A stretch of DNA of 64,000 bases, from NCBI GenBank assembly GCA_963802945.1, contig CAWDKY010000028.1:1-64000 (forward strand). Reading direction: 5' to 3'. The notes beneath the pieces are model-generated. The model was not told where the DNA came from. It did no database searches and saw nothing but the letters and a program-made list of their open reading frames with translations. Shown here in pieces: positions 29,257-40,629 of this stretch. The first letter of the stretch is position 1. Every line of letters starts with the position of its first letter. This DNA comes from an uncultured delta proteobacterium (GTDB lineage Bacteria; Desulfobacterota; RBG-13-43-22). The translations under genes and the position numbers were made by a program.

Positions 29257-29651
29257 CCCCGGGCCTCCTCTCTGTACATCATACCCCTTTCCGGCCTATC
29301 TCGAAACCATACATATTCCGCGAGCTTTTGTTATCCAAATTCCCTGTTGATTCTCGCGATCTTTATGGGTACCTCTATTGGCTACCCGAAGGATTTTCCG
29401 CCTCCGGGTGGCTCAAGTCTTTGTGCTCGACAGCGCCTTTGGGAACGTCCATATACAGTAACACGCTTTTTTGATAGAATTTAGTATAAGGAAAGAAAAA
29501 ATTACGGTCAAGGAGAAAAATAGGGCGGAAGGCAAGGGACGGACAAGTGATCTGCAGGAGCCTCGAAGTTCTGGTAAATATCGACGCTGCCGAGGAATTT
29601 AGCCAGGAGGTCACCACCTTTTTCCTAAAATATAATTAATGAAAACCTTTT

Positions 29652-30740
29652 TTACGGCTGAGCTTTGGCTGCCGCTTGTTTGGCGATGAGGTCCCGAAAA
29701 CTTCTGGGCGGTTCCACAAAGTCAGGACGAGCTTGAAGCGACAGGGCTTCCGTGGGACAGTGATACACGCAGACCCCACAGCCGATACAGCGGTCCGGAT
29801 TGACTACGGCAACATTGTCTTCCAGAATGATGGCCTCCATCTGGCAGCGTTCCACACACTCCCCGCAGCCGGAACAGGTGTCACTGTCCAGCGCAGCCTG
29901 ATAATTGCTGGAGACGGTGCGAACCGGTGCATTAAAAAGACTGACCCCTTGGAGTATTCCACAGCAGCAGGTGCAGCAGTTGCAGATGAAGTCAATCCGT
30001 TCCTGGGTGTTGCTGGAGGTATGGATTAGGCCGGCGTCGGCGCTCTTTTTTAATATATCCAGGGCTTCCGTCTTGCTGATTTCCCGGCCGAATCCCCGAT
30101 TTTTAACAAACTCGGCAAAAGGGCCCAACTGGAGGCAGACATCGTCTGGGTATTTACAGCCCCGGTCTAAAAGCCTTTTCTCATGACGGCAGTAACAGGT
30201 CGAAACGGTTATCATCGAGGCCTCTTCAACATATTTGCTGGCTACTTCGAAGGGAAAGACGTTTATAGTTGGGGTTATGGTTTTTTCAATAGGGATAACC
30301 CGACCGAAATGAATGGCTTCACCGGAAGGAGCGGCTGATCTATCCACCTCCGCCACCCGGGCATGGAAATAGGCATCAAACAAACCGGCCAGTTCTTTGG
30401 CCCGGGGAGTCCATTCCCCTTTCATGAACTGCAATTCAAAAATTCCCGGAACAAGTTGAATCAGTTTATACCAATTCTCTCCGTTGCGTACGCTGGAATA
30501 GATCAAGCCCTTTTCGGCCATTTCGTTCAGCACTTGGGTAACCCTTACCGGATCCGCTTCGAGCCTCTCAGCCAGTTTGCTTGGGGCTTCAGGAGCCATC
30601 GGCGAAAGATTAACAGCCAGACGTGCTTCTTCTTGGTTGAAAAGCGATTTTAACAGCGCTTCTAGTTCCGGGCTCTTGCGGCTCCCATAGCCGATCATAT
30701 TAAAAATATCTGCCAGTCGATCATATAATTCATCTGCCAT
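29652..30740 (-). CDS. 4Fe-4S binding protein with an N-terminal HTH-like region
   Basis: CYCR, ICNCCTCCC, 2x CxxCxxCxxxC; RBS aaggagga. Confidence 0.85.
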   Translation of the reverse strand: MADELYDRLADIFNMIGYGSRKSPELEALLKSLFNQEEARLAVNLSPMAPEAPSKLAERLEADPVRVTQVLNEMAEKGLIYSSVRNGENWYKLIQLVPGIFELQFMKGEWTPRAKELAGLFDAYFHARVAEVDRSAAPSGEAIHFGRVIPIEKTITPTINVFPFEVASKYVEEASMITVSTCYCRHEKRLLDRGCKYPDDVCLQLGPFAEFVKNRGFGREISKTEALDILKKSADAGLIHTSSNTQERIDFICNCCTCCCGILQGVSLFNAPVRTVSSNYQAALDSDTCSGCGECVERCQMEAIILEDNVAVVNPDRCIGCGVCVYHCPTEALSLQARPDFVEPPRSFRDLIAKQAAAKAQP

Positions 30741-31040
30741 TCCATTTTCCTCCTTATTGAATACGAAGAAAGGGATCAAAGGTGAAAGAAAAAGGTTAAA
30801 GAATAAACGTGTAAGGGAAGACCTTATGTTGTATACCTTAGACCAATATCTTTTTGAAACCTTGCCCTTTTTGAATCCTTAATACAATTTTGTTGACTCT
30901 GTTGACATGTAAGTTTTGTTTAAATATTGGTATAACCTCTGAATTTTGTCAATGAAAAAGCCCCCTTGTTTTTGTGATGAAATTACCTTGATTTATCCAC
31001 AATAAAAAAATAAAATTTAAAATAAATATAAAAACAAGAG

Positions 31041-31502
31041 ATGCAGAAAATGAACTGCACAACCAGATTGATGAAAATTGAGGACTACCCGCAGGTCCAT
31101 AAACTCTGGAGAGAAACGGAGGGGCTTCGCCTGGAGGAATCAGATTCCAAGGAGGCGATCGCCATCTATCTTAAACGGAACCGCGGTTTTTGCTTTGTGG
31201 CCTGTAACAGAGATCAGATCATCGGTACTATTCTCTGCGGACATGAAGGCCGGCGCGGGATCCTCCGTCATCTCGCCGTCAGAAAAAACTACCGAAATAC
31301 GGGCCTTGCAAAAGTTTTGATTGAACGGTGCTTGTCTGCTCTGGCCAAGGCTGGAATTAAGAAATGCAATCTCTTTGTTTTGAATACCAACGACGAAGGA
31401 CGAAGCTTTTGGGAACACTTAGGTTGGCATGTTTTGGAAGACAATTTTCGCATGTTGCAGGCAACTACTGTGATGAGAACTCAAAAACCAGAAAAAAGGT
31501 AA
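31041..31502 (+). CDS. GNAT acetyltransferase (YpeA-like)
   Basis: CGHEGRRG.L.HLAV...R..G, FWEHLGW. Confidence 0.88.
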   Translation: MQKMNCTTRLMKIEDYPQVHKLWRETEGLRLEESDSKEAIAIYLKRNRGFCFVACNRDQIIGTILCGHEGRRGILRHLAVRKNYRNTGLAKVLIERCLSALAKAGIKKCNLFVLNTNDEGRSFWEHLGWHVLEDNFRMLQATTVMRTQKPEKR

Positions 31503-31511
31503 AGGTAACGA

Positions 31512-32387
31512 ATGGCCATGGAAGTTGATGATAAAGCGGAAAGCAAAAAAGAGTTGTTCGGATACCTGGATCAGTATCTTGAGGCCCTCATCGCCCATGA
31601 TCCTTCGCGTCTTCAGGTTATGGACGATGTCCGGTTCACGGAAAACACCCGCCCTCTAAAGCTGGGTGATGGTCTCTGGAAGACAGCCTCGGCCGTCAAA
31701 TATCGCCATGCCGTGGCTGATCCTTTGCAGGGCCAAGTGGGCCTGTTCTGCTCCTTGCAGGAAGGCGGTGAGCATTTAACCTTGCTCGCCCTTCGTCTTA
31801 AAGTGGCGGATAAAAAAATCAGTGAGATCGAAACCCTAGTTTCCCGTTATGCCGGGCAGGATGTGGCCTTCAAACCCAAGGCCCTGATTGAACCGGCCCC
31901 GATCTTATTGGAAACCGTGCCCATATCAGAACGGGTATCCCGGGATAGGATAATCGAGATTGCCGATCTCTATTTGGAAGGCTTGGAAAAAAATAGTGCT
32001 GAATTTATTCCCCTTCACAAAGGCTGCAACCGTCTGGAAAACGGACTGCAAACCACCAACAATCCGGACCTTGGTTTTCCATTATCTCTTTCCTGTGCCG
32101 AGCAGATCCCCCTCTTTACCTATATGACCAAAATCAGAGATCGTCGATATGTCATAGTAGATGAAGAACTGGGACTGGTCTGGTGCATGGTCATGTTTGA
32201 TGTACCGGGGACAGTCAAAACCGCTGAACTGCCGGGTTATGGTGTGATTGAACTGGCGGAACGTACCCAATATCCCCGGTCCATGCTCTTAGCTGAATTA
32301 TTCAAAATCCGCAATGGGCTGATCCTTTACATTGAAGCGCTTCTAACCAGCGTTCCCTTGGGAACCAGGCCCGGATGGCCGGCATGA
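31512..32387 (+). CDS. Hypothetical protein (possible tandem NTF2/SnoaL-like fold)
   Basis: 291-aa ORF in operon; repeated units FTEN.../RLENG... and KISEIE/LYIEA. Confidence 0.7.
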   Translation: MAMEVDDKAESKKELFGYLDQYLEALIAHDPSRLQVMDDVRFTENTRPLKLGDGLWKTASAVKYRHAVADPLQGQVGLFCSLQEGGEHLTLLALRLKVADKKISEIETLVSRYAGQDVAFKPKALIEPAPILLETVPISERVSRDRIIEIADLYLEGLEKNSAEFIPLHKGCNRLENGLQTTNNPDLGFPLSLSCAEQIPLFTYMTKIRDRRYVIVDEELGLVWCMVMFDVPGTVKTAELPGYGVIELAERTQYPRSMLLAELFKIRNGLILYIEALLTSVPLGTRPGWPA

Positions 32388-32397
32388 GAGGTTTTAG

Positions 32398-33807
32398 GTG
32401 TCAGACGAAAAAATAGAAAAATTGATCGATGATCTGAATTATCCCGAAGCGCCAAAAATGATCACTGAATTTCCAGGCCCAAGGAGTAAAGCTGTTTTCG
32501 ACGAGGGGATAGCCCTGGAATCCCCGCAGAGGGTGGCCGGTCTCTCCTATCCTATTGTGGTGGAGGAGGGACGGGGAGCGGGCTTAAAGGATCTGGATGG
32601 GAATATCTTCATTGATGGGTGTTCCAGTATTGCGGTTTCCAGCGTCGGACACAATCATCCGCTGGTGGTCAAGGCCATTCAGGAGCAGGCTGCTAAATAT
32701 GGTCATGGGTTTGATCTGACCAACCCGGTCAAGGTAAAACTGCTTAAGAAAATAATCGAAACCGCCCCGCCAGGCCTGAAGGGCAACTCTTTCGCTACCT
32801 TGGCCATGAGTGGAACTGGGGCTGTTGAAGCCGGGGTTAAACAGGCCAAAATGATCTCCGGCAGAACTCAAATCTGCGCCTTTGAGGGCGCCTATCATGG
32901 CGTGTTCGGAACGACCAACGCCATGACCACCGGGTCCAGGTATAGGGCCAGCTATGGGCCGCTGATGCCGGGTGTAGTCCATGTACCTTATCCTTATTGC
33001 TACCGTTGTTCGTTTAATCTTGAATATTCCCAATGCGGTCTTCAATGTGCGCAGTTTGTTGATTACCAGCTCAACACACCCTACACAGGCAAGGATGATG
33101 TTGCGGCCATCGTTGCTGAAGGGATACAGGGTGAAGGAGGCTATATTCCGCCGCCCAGGGAATGGTGGCCCATGATGAGGAAAATAGCCGACAAGAACGG
33201 TTGCCTGCTCATTGATGACGAAGTGCAGTCAGGTTTCGGGAAAAGCGGTACATTGTGGGCCATCGAACATTATGATTGTCAACCGGATATCCTGACATTT
33301 GGTAAGGCGGTCGGCGGAGATCAACCGGTTGCCGGTGCAATCACCAATAAAAAACATCTTGACCGAATAGTGCCTGGTTCTCAGCCTATAACTTTCACCA
33401 GCAATTCTATAAGCCTGGCCGCCTCATTGGCCAATTATGAGATTATGCTCGACCCGGAACTGAACCTCATGGCAAGGGCCACGGAATTAGGCCAGGAATT
33501 CCAGTCGATGATGAAGAGCGCCCAGAAGAAAAATGAAGTTATTGGTGATATCAGAGGGTTGGGCCTTCTGCAGGCCGTCGAGCTGGTCAAAAACCCTGAA
33601 ACCAGAGAGCCGATTCAAGGCCGGAAGCTGAATAATATTCTGATCAATCAAGTGGCCAGGCGCGGTCTATGGCTGGTCAGCGCCGGCCGATACAGTAATG
33701 TCATCAGATTTATGCCGCCTCTTACCATTTCCCGGAAACAGTTTATTAATTCAGTAGAGATCATTATCGATGTTTTGAATGACAACGTGGATGATCTGGT
33801 CAAATAA
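32398..33807 (+). CDS. Class III PLP aminotransferase (GabT-like)
   Basis: GHNHP, SGTGAVE, AYHG, EGIQGEGG, DEVQSGFG, TFGKA. Confidence 0.92.
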   Translation: MSDEKIEKLIDDLNYPEAPKMITEFPGPRSKAVFDEGIALESPQRVAGLSYPIVVEEGRGAGLKDLDGNIFIDGCSSIAVSSVGHNHPLVVKAIQEQAAKYGHGFDLTNPVKVKLLKKIIETAPPGLKGNSFATLAMSGTGAVEAGVKQAKMISGRTQICAFEGAYHGVFGTTNAMTTGSRYRASYGPLMPGVVHVPYPYCYRCSFNLEYSQCGLQCAQFVDYQLNTPYTGKDDVAAIVAEGIQGEGGYIPPPREWWPMMRKIADKNGCLLIDDEVQSGFGKSGTLWAIEHYDCQPDILTFGKAVGGDQPVAGAITNKKHLDRIVPGSQPITFTSNSISLAASLANYEIMLDPELNLMARATELGQEFQSMMKSAQKKNEVIGDIRGLGLLQAVELVKNPETREPIQGRKLNNILINQVARRGLWLVSAGRYSNVIRFMPPLTISRKQFINSVEIIIDVLNDNVDDLVK

Positions 33808-34027
33808 TAAAAAGTCCAACAATCAGCCCATTCTCCACTATTGACTTTGAAATTCTAAAATGAGTAATATGAGTTATCCAAAACGCCAACTTGAAAGTCT
33901 TTGTTTTAACCTGTACTGGAAATTTCCCCTGTTAAAGTGGGGAAGGGAATCTTCAACCATTGGAATCGGTTCTCAATTTTTGTGCTGCTTTAGTGGGTAG
34001 TTAACAATCATTAAAAGGAGGAATTAG

Positions 34028-35266
34028 ATGAAGAAGCTTATTTTCTTGAGTTTGGCGGTTTGCTTGATAAGTTTGTCTATCTTGGTCTCTACAGGGTTTG
34101 CTGCCGAGGAGGTGATTAAAATTGGGACCATTTTCTCAAGAACCGGCCCGCTGGCTAATCTGGGCTTGGAAAGCTGGCGGGGCGCAGAACTGGCTCGAAT
34201 TGTTCAGAATAAGCAGGGGGGGATTCTGGGGAAAAAAATTGTTTTTGTCAACGGGGATGCGGTTGATCCAAAAACGGCCGTCAGCGAGGTGGAGAGATTA
34301 TGTACGGTGGAAAACGTGTCGGTGATTGTCGGCTCTTTTTCCAGCTCGATCGCTTTGGCCGCCAGTGCAAAAGCCGACCAGCACAAGGTTGTTTACTGGG
34401 AACTGGGAGCCGTTGGAGATCAGGTCACCCAAAGGAAATTAAAATATGTGTTCCGGACTTGTCCTACAGGATCGGATCTAGGCCGCGATCAGCTCCGTTT
34501 TGCGGTTGATGTGTTGGCTTCAAAAATTGGAAAAACAAAAGCCTCCATTCGCATCGGCAGTATTTATGAAGACTCGGCCTATGGAACAGCCTGTGCCGAG
34601 GGCATAAGGGATATGGCTAAAAAAATGGGGGTGAGTCTGGTTATAGATCAATCCTACAATTTTAAAGCCAGCGACCTTTCTTCCCTGGTTATGCGGGTCA
34701 AAGCGACCAACCCGGATGTTATCCTGGAATCTTCCTATGAGAACGACGGAATTTTATTTTTTCGACAAGCCGAAGAGCTTGGTTTAAAGGTAAGGATTAT
34801 TGTCGGATCAGGGGGAGGCATGAATCTACCGGGGTACCAGAAGGCCTTAGGTAATGCCATAAATAATAAAGTATGCAATGTAGGATATCCTGGGTATAAT
34901 CTAAACCCGAAATACGCCAAAGGTATCGACATATTGGCCGATCTCTACGAGAAAACCTTCAGTCTCAAACCGGAAGCCGTCTTTTCGGTTATCAACTATA
35001 TGGGAGCCATGGCCTTGTGGGATGTCATCAAACGCGCCGGATCAATGGATTCGGAAAAAATCGTCAATGCGGCCATCAAAACAGATATCTCCGGAGATAA
35101 AACCCTTCTTCAATACGGCATAAAATTCTATCCTCCGGGGAACGAAAATATGGGACAGAATATGTTGGCCCGTTATTTTGTTACTCAATGGCAAAACGGG
35201 GAACTGGTCATCGTTTATCCGGCCGAAGCATCCTCTCCCGGGAAGAATTTAGTGATTCCCAAATAA
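34028..35266 (+). CDS. Liv-type ABC transporter substrate-binding protein
   Basis: Signal peptide, IKIG...TGP.A, GGILGKKI. Confidence 0.9.
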   Translation: MKKLIFLSLAVCLISLSILVSTGFAAEEVIKIGTIFSRTGPLANLGLESWRGAELARIVQNKQGGILGKKIVFVNGDAVDPKTAVSEVERLCTVENVSVIVGSFSSSIALAASAKADQHKVVYWELGAVGDQVTQRKLKYVFRTCPTGSDLGRDQLRFAVDVLASKIGKTKASIRIGSIYEDSAYGTACAEGIRDMAKKMGVSLVIDQSYNFKASDLSSLVMRVKATNPDVILESSYENDGILFFRQAEELGLKVRIIVGSGGGMNLPGYQKALGNAINNKVCNVGYPGYNLNPKYAKGIDILADLYEKTFSLKPEAVFSVINYMGAMALWDVIKRAGSMDSEKIVNAAIKTDISGDKTLLQYGIKFYPPGNENMGQNMLARYFVTQWQNGELVIVYPAEASSPGKNLVIPK

Positions 35267-35449
35267 AACCTTCGAATGGTCTTGGCACATAATTGGGGCT
35301 ATCGGTTCTGCGTTTGGCCGGATAGCCCCAAAGATTTCGACAGAGAACGCACTCCTCCATCATAGTCTGTCCAAGGCAGATTACAGGGAGCTCCAAACCA
35401 ACGGTCCTAAGCTGGCATGATTTAATCTTCTCGGGAGGGATTTATCCAG

Positions 35450-36331
35450 ATGATTCTACTGCAGCTCATTGTGAACGGTTTACTTCTTGGGGGTATTTAT
35501 GCGTTGATCAGCATCGGCTTGACCCTGATCTTCGGAGTGGTCAGAGTGATCAATTTTGCTCACGGCGAATTTCTGATGCTGTCTATGTATATCACCTATT
35601 TCAGTTACACTTTCTTGGGGCTGAATCCCTACCTCTCCCTTTTGATTGGCATCCCCCTGATGTTCTTGGCCGGAATGGCCATCGACCAGCTCATCATCAG
35701 GCCTCTCCGCGACGCCCCAGCCTACATGCAGGTTTTTGCAACCGTAGGTCTGTCGATTGTTCTTTTAAATCTGGCCCTGTTTCTGTTCACCGGTGACTAC
35801 CAGAGCATCCATATGGCCTTTGCCGAGAAAATCTTCCGTTTAGGGAGCCTTTCTTTATCCTATGCCAAGCTGGTTATCTTCTTTTCTGCCATTCTGGTTT
35901 CGGTAGGTCTATTTCTATTGTTGAAATATACGAATATCGGCAAACAGATTCGGGCCATTGCTCAAGACAGGATGGCTGCCAAGCTGATGGGCATCAACCT
36001 GAACCGGATTTATATGCTAACTTTCGGTATCGGGACCGCCCTGGTCGGGATCGCCGGTGGCCTGATCCTTCCTGTCTATTATGTTTTTCCCTCCGTAGGA
36101 GTCTATTTTGTTTTGACCGCCTTTGTCGTTGTTGTACTGGGAGGTATGGGTAATATGGTCGGGGCCCTTCTGGGGGGATTCATCATCGGTATTACTGATT
36201 CCTTAAGCGGGTATTATATTGACCCTTCTTTGAAAGAGGTCGTATCCTTCATCATTTTTCTTGTCGTTCTTCTTATTCGGCCTTCAGGTTTGATGGGTAT
36301 TGTGGGTTCAGAAGAAATGGGGATGAAGTAA
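35450..36331 (+). CDS. livH: LivH-type permease
   Basis: GLTLIFGVVRVINFAHGEF, VVLGGMG. Confidence 0.92.
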   Translation: MILLQLIVNGLLLGGIYALISIGLTLIFGVVRVINFAHGEFLMLSMYITYFSYTFLGLNPYLSLLIGIPLMFLAGMAIDQLIIRPLRDAPAYMQVFATVGLSIVLLNLALFLFTGDYQSIHMAFAEKIFRLGSLSLSYAKLVIFFSAILVSVGLFLLLKYTNIGKQIRAIAQDRMAAKLMGINLNRIYMLTFGIGTALVGIAGGLILPVYYVFPSVGVYFVLTAFVVVVLGGMGNMVGALLGGFIIGITDSLSGYYIDPSLKEVVSFIIFLVVLLIRPSGLMGIVGSEEMGMK

Positions 36332-38145
36332 TGGTTGCAGACAAACTCAGAGGGGCGGGGGAACCAAGAATATATGTCCTGGTTATCACCTTGGCCTTCA
36401 TTTTTCTATTGATTCTTTTGACCAAGAATGCCTTCTATTTGAACCTGTACTTCATGGTTTTCATGTTTGCGGGAATGTCGAGCGCCTGGAATATTATCGG
36501 CGGTTTTGGAGGGCAGCTTTCTCTCGGACATAGTGCTTTTTCCGGGATCGGCGCTTATGTTTGCAGCCTCCTGTTCGTAAAATACGGAATACCTCCATTG
36601 CTGGGTCTGATAGCCAGCATCGGGGCTTCCATCGTACTGGCGGTCATTATTGGATACCCTTGTTTTCGACTGAAGGGCCCGTTCTTCACTCTGGCCACCA
36701 TCGCAGTCGGTGAGGTGATGCTGCTGTTGGCAGTTTATTTCAGAGGGTTGACCGCAGGCTCCGAAGGTCTATCCATTCCGTTTAAACCATCTTTCTTTAA
36801 TCTCAGCTTCGAGTCCAAGACTCCTTACGCCCTGGTGGCCTTTTGGTTTATGCTTTTTGCCCTGGCTCTTTCAACCTCGATTAAGAGAAACCGTTTGGGT
36901 TTTCAGCTTGTGGCCTTACGTGATGAGGATCAGGCCGCCGAATCTTTAGGCGTGAACACCAACCAAGCGAAAATGGTCGGTTTGATGGTCAGCGGTGGGT
37001 TGACCGCGTTAGGGGGAGCCATCTTTGCCCAGTATGTTCTTTTTCTCGAGCCCCATTCGGAATTCTCCATCAATGTTTCCATAAACCTTGCTTTGACCTC
37101 AATGGTAGGTGGCCTGGGCACGGTCATCGGTCCGGCCATCGGCTCATTCCTGCTTATACCGCTCCAGGAATTTCTCAGAGTTTGGATAGGCAGTTCATTT
37201 CAAGGTCTTTACTTTGTCATTTATGGTGCCCTGCTCATCCTGGTGGTGATGTTTATGCCCAGAGGCATCATCGAGTTTTTCTCCGGACCGTACCAGTCGC
37301 TTCTGTCAAGGCTCCCGGTTTTTGGGGGTCGAAGAGAAGACGATGAAAAAATCAGGCGAACACTTTTGTCCTCTTTGCGCTTCGGCAGAGAGGACACCAA
37401 TCGCCGATCGGAAGCACCTTCCATCATAGGAGTAGAAAATATTTCCAAAAGATTCGGCGGCCTGGCAGCGATAACCGATCTCAGTTTTTCCGTGGGGGTC
37501 GGCGAGATTTTTGGAATCATCGGACCGAACGGCGCCGGGAAGAGTACTTTGTTCAATGTTCTTTCCAGTGTTTACAGGCAGGATTCGGGCTTTGTCAAGT
37601 TCCAAGGAAAAGACATATCGAATATCAATAATTCTCATTTGATATGCAGGCTTGGAATCGGGAGGACCTTCCAAATAGTCAAACCATTTGATAACATCAC
37701 CGTCCTTGAAAATGTCATGGTCGGTGCTTTCTGTCGTCACACTAAAAACCGTGAGGCGTCCAATGTGGCTCTCGAGGTTCTTGATTTTATGGGAATGTTG
37801 GACAAGAAAGATTCTCTCGGACATACCCTGACCCTGGCCGATAAGAAAAGGCTGGAATTGGCGCGGGCCTTGGCCACGGGACCCGAAGTTTTGTTATTGG
37901 ATGAGGTCATGGCCGGGCTTAATTCCACTGAAATCGGAGAAGCCACTGAGCTGATAAAAAAAATCAGAGACCACGGACTGACCGTGTTGGTCGTAGAACA
38001 TGTGATGCAGGCCATCATGTCTCTTTCGGACAGAGTGATGGTGCTTGCCGAAGGCAAAAAAATTATAGAAGGGTCTCCCCAGGAAGTGATTCAAGATCAA
38101 CGAGTGATCAAGGCTTATCTCGGGAAAGACTATGAACTTACTTAA
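36331..38145 (+). CDS. LivM-LivG fusion (permease + ATPase)
   Basis: GQLSLGHSAF permease domain, then GPNGAGKST and LLLDE. Confidence 0.92.
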   Translation: MVADKLRGAGEPRIYVLVITLAFIFLLILLTKNAFYLNLYFMVFMFAGMSSAWNIIGGFGGQLSLGHSAFSGIGAYVCSLLFVKYGIPPLLGLIASIGASIVLAVIIGYPCFRLKGPFFTLATIAVGEVMLLLAVYFRGLTAGSEGLSIPFKPSFFNLSFESKTPYALVAFWFMLFALALSTSIKRNRLGFQLVALRDEDQAAESLGVNTNQAKMVGLMVSGGLTALGGAIFAQYVLFLEPHSEFSINVSINLALTSMVGGLGTVIGPAIGSFLLIPLQEFLRVWIGSSFQGLYFVIYGALLILVVMFMPRGIIEFFSGPYQSLLSRLPVFGGRREDDEKIRRTLLSSLRFGREDTNRRSEAPSIIGVENISKRFGGLAAITDLSFSVGVGEIFGIIGPNGAGKSTLFNVLSSVYRQDSGFVKFQGKDISNINNSHLICRLGIGRTFQIVKPFDNITVLENVMVGAFCRHTKNREASNVALEVLDFMGMLDKKDSLGHTLTLADKKRLELARALATGPEVLLLDEVMAGLNSTEIGEATELIKKIRDHGLTVLVVEHVMQAIMSLSDRVMVLAEGKKIIEGSPQEVIQDQRVIKAYLGKDYELT

Positions 38146-38842
38146 TCTGGAAAATGTAAGTGTACGGTATGGGGATGTGGAAGTCATAAGGGATCTCTCC
38201 TTATCCGTGGAAGAAGGATCCATCACCAGTCTGGTCGGTTCGAATGGTTCGGGAAAGTCAAGCCTTCTTCAAGCGGTTTCAGGGATCCTTACCAGCAGCC
38301 AAGGAACAATTTATTTCGAAGGAAAGAACATCACCGGCCTGCCGTCCCATCAGCGTGTCGAGCTGGGTCTTGTCCAGGTTCCTGAAGGCCGGCATGTCTT
38401 TCCTTATATGAGTGTCATGGAAAATCTCGACATGGGTTCCATACTTCCGAAGGCGCGGGCCAAGCGCAAAAAAAACCTGACCAAAGTATTTGACCTCTTC
38501 CCCAGGTTATCTGAAAGGTCTAAGCAGATAGCCAGGACCTTAAGCGGAGGGGAACAACAGATGCTGGCTGTGGGCCGGGCCCTAATGGCGGATCCAAGGC
38601 TTTTGATGCTGGATGAGCCTTCTTTGGGTCTGGCCCCTCTCGTTGTTACGGAAATTTTTGCTGTTTTAGCCAAGATTAATGCCTTAGGGGTGACGATTCT
38701 GGTGGTAGAACAGGACGTGAAAGCCTCTCTATCACTGAGTAGTTGGGGTTATGTTTTGGAGAACGGTCGCATCGTCCTGTCGGGTGATGCCAAAGACATA
38801 TTAAAAAGCGACCGGGTCAGAAAGGCTTACTTGGGTTTGTAG
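38132..38842 (+). CDS. livF: LivF-type ABC ATPase
   Basis: GSNGSGKS, LSGGEQQM, LDEPSLGL. Confidence 0.93.
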   Translation: MNLLNLENVSVRYGDVEVIRDLSLSVEEGSITSLVGSNGSGKSSLLQAVSGILTSSQGTIYFEGKNITGLPSHQRVELGLVQVPEGRHVFPYMSVMENLDMGSILPKARAKRKKNLTKVFDLFPRLSERSKQIARTLSGGEQQMLAVGRALMADPRLLMLDEPSLGLAPLVVTEIFAVLAKINALGVTILVVEQDVKASLSLSSWGYVLENGRIVLSGDAKDILKSDRVRKAYLGL

Positions 38843-38925
38843 AACACCCAGACAGATATGACCATGCCGGGGATGAAATATATGTATTTTTCAGTGGATC
38901 AAAAAGTTTTTGAAAAGGAATCAAG

Positions 38926-40503
38926 ATGCAGAATGAACCAAAGACTATTTTAGATGCCTTTAATAGAAATTTGGAAGCCTTTTCCGACCGGGAGGCTTTG
39001 TATGCCGTCAATTATCGTTCCGGACTCTGGGAAAGGCTCACCTGGCGGGAAATAGAGGAAATCATGGAGCGCTTGGCCAAAGGTCTGGCCGATCTCGGTG
39101 TCAGGAAAGGTCAGAAGCTGGCCTTTATGAATGCTTCTTATTTGGAAAATGTCTGCTTCTATCTGGCTGTCCGTAAGGTTGGTGCGATTTTTATACCGGT
39201 CAACGTTCGCCTGGTCGCCCGCGAGGTGGAGTACATCGTGATCAACAGCGATACGGAATATCTTGTTTACGGTTACGAGTACGAAACCTTGGTAGACCAG
39301 ATAAGGAGGAAGGTCCCACAGCTTAAAAAAATAATATGTATTGAACAAGAAAAACAATCTGTTCCGGGGTGGGCTGTTCCTTACGGGCAGCTCCTGAAAA
39401 GCCGCGGTTCTGCTCCCGATGTGAAAATTAAACCGGAAGATGATGCGGATATTATTTATACCAGCGGAACCACCGGACGCCCGAAAGGTGTGGTCTTAAC
39501 CGAGGCCAATAAACTGGCTTGTGGCCGGTTGCACGGCAACGCTTGGGGGTTTCATCGGTTGCATTACGGATATATGAAACACCAAACCCCATTTCCTTTT
39601 TTTACCTCGACGGGTGTAAGCTCCCATATCATGACCTGGCTCTGGTATGGTTATTATCTTATCTGGGAACCAGTATTTGATACGGTGCAATCCATGAGAC
39701 TGATTCAGCAGGAAAAGACGACTTCCATCTGCCTGGCCCCGACGATGATCATCTTTATTATGCAGCATCCGCAGTTCAAGGAATTTGACATGTCCAGTCT
39801 CAGAATTATGTCTTACGGCGGTTCGGCCATGCCCGAAGAGGTCATCCGCCAGGCCCTGGAGGCTTGGCCCGGCCTGAAACTGGTTAATATTTACGGGTTG
39901 ACCGAAGGAGGGGTCGGAGGTACCCGGCTCGGTCCCGAGGATCACCTGGCAAAAATCGGATCCATCGGCCTCCCTTGGGCTCCGGATATGGAAGGGCGCA
40001 TTGTCGATGATCAAGACAGGGATGTGGGCGTCAGGGAGGTCGGCGAACTGGTTTTGCGTGGTCCCAACGTCATGAAGGCCTATTATAAAAATCCCGAAGC
40101 GACCGAAGAAACCTTTAAAAATGGATGGCTCCATACGGGCGATCTTACCTATTACGACGAAGATGGGTACTTTTATTATGTGGACCGCAAGAAGGATATG
40201 CTGGTGCGGGGAGGATATAACGTCTATTCCGTTGAAGTGGAAAGTGTTCTTTATGAACATCCCGCAGTCGGGCAGTGTTGCGTCGTCGGCAAACCGCACC
40301 CGAAACTCGGTGAGGATGTGGCCGCTTTTATCGTACTCCGTGAGGGTCTGTCGGCAACAGCCGAGGAATTGATGGAATTCTGCCGGGATAAACTGGCCGA
40401 CTTTAAACGCCCTCGAGATATAAAATTTTTGGACGCCCTTCCGGTCACAGCCGTGGGCAAAGTGGATAAAAAAGAAATCCGATCCAGGTATTTCGGGAAA
40501 TAA
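38926..40503 (+). CDS. AMP-dependent acyl-CoA synthetase
   Basis: YTSGTTGRPKG, YGLTE, HTGD, DRKKD, GK. Confidence 0.93.
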   Translation: MQNEPKTILDAFNRNLEAFSDREALYAVNYRSGLWERLTWREIEEIMERLAKGLADLGVRKGQKLAFMNASYLENVCFYLAVRKVGAIFIPVNVRLVAREVEYIVINSDTEYLVYGYEYETLVDQIRRKVPQLKKIICIEQEKQSVPGWAVPYGQLLKSRGSAPDVKIKPEDDADIIYTSGTTGRPKGVVLTEANKLACGRLHGNAWGFHRLHYGYMKHQTPFPFFTSTGVSSHIMTWLWYGYYLIWEPVFDTVQSMRLIQQEKTTSICLAPTMIIFIMQHPQFKEFDMSSLRIMSYGGSAMPEEVIRQALEAWPGLKLVNIYGLTEGGVGGTRLGPEDHLAKIGSIGLPWAPDMEGRIVDDQDRDVGVREVGELVLRGPNVMKAYYKNPEATEETFKNGWLHTGDLTYYDEDGYFYYVDRKKDMLVRGGYNVYSVEVESVLYEHPAVGQCCVVGKPHPKLGEDVAAFIVLREGLSATAEELMEFCRDKLADFKRPRDIKFLDALPVTAVGKVDKKEIRSRYFGK

Positions 40504-40629
40504 TGAAGGTCTAACGTCCCTTTGATAGTAAGTTTCCATCCAGAAACGCCCCTGAAATTTTAGCTTGATTTTCCCTGAATATTGACCTATATTTAGACCC
40601 ATAAATATGTCTAAATAAGGAGCCGGCTC

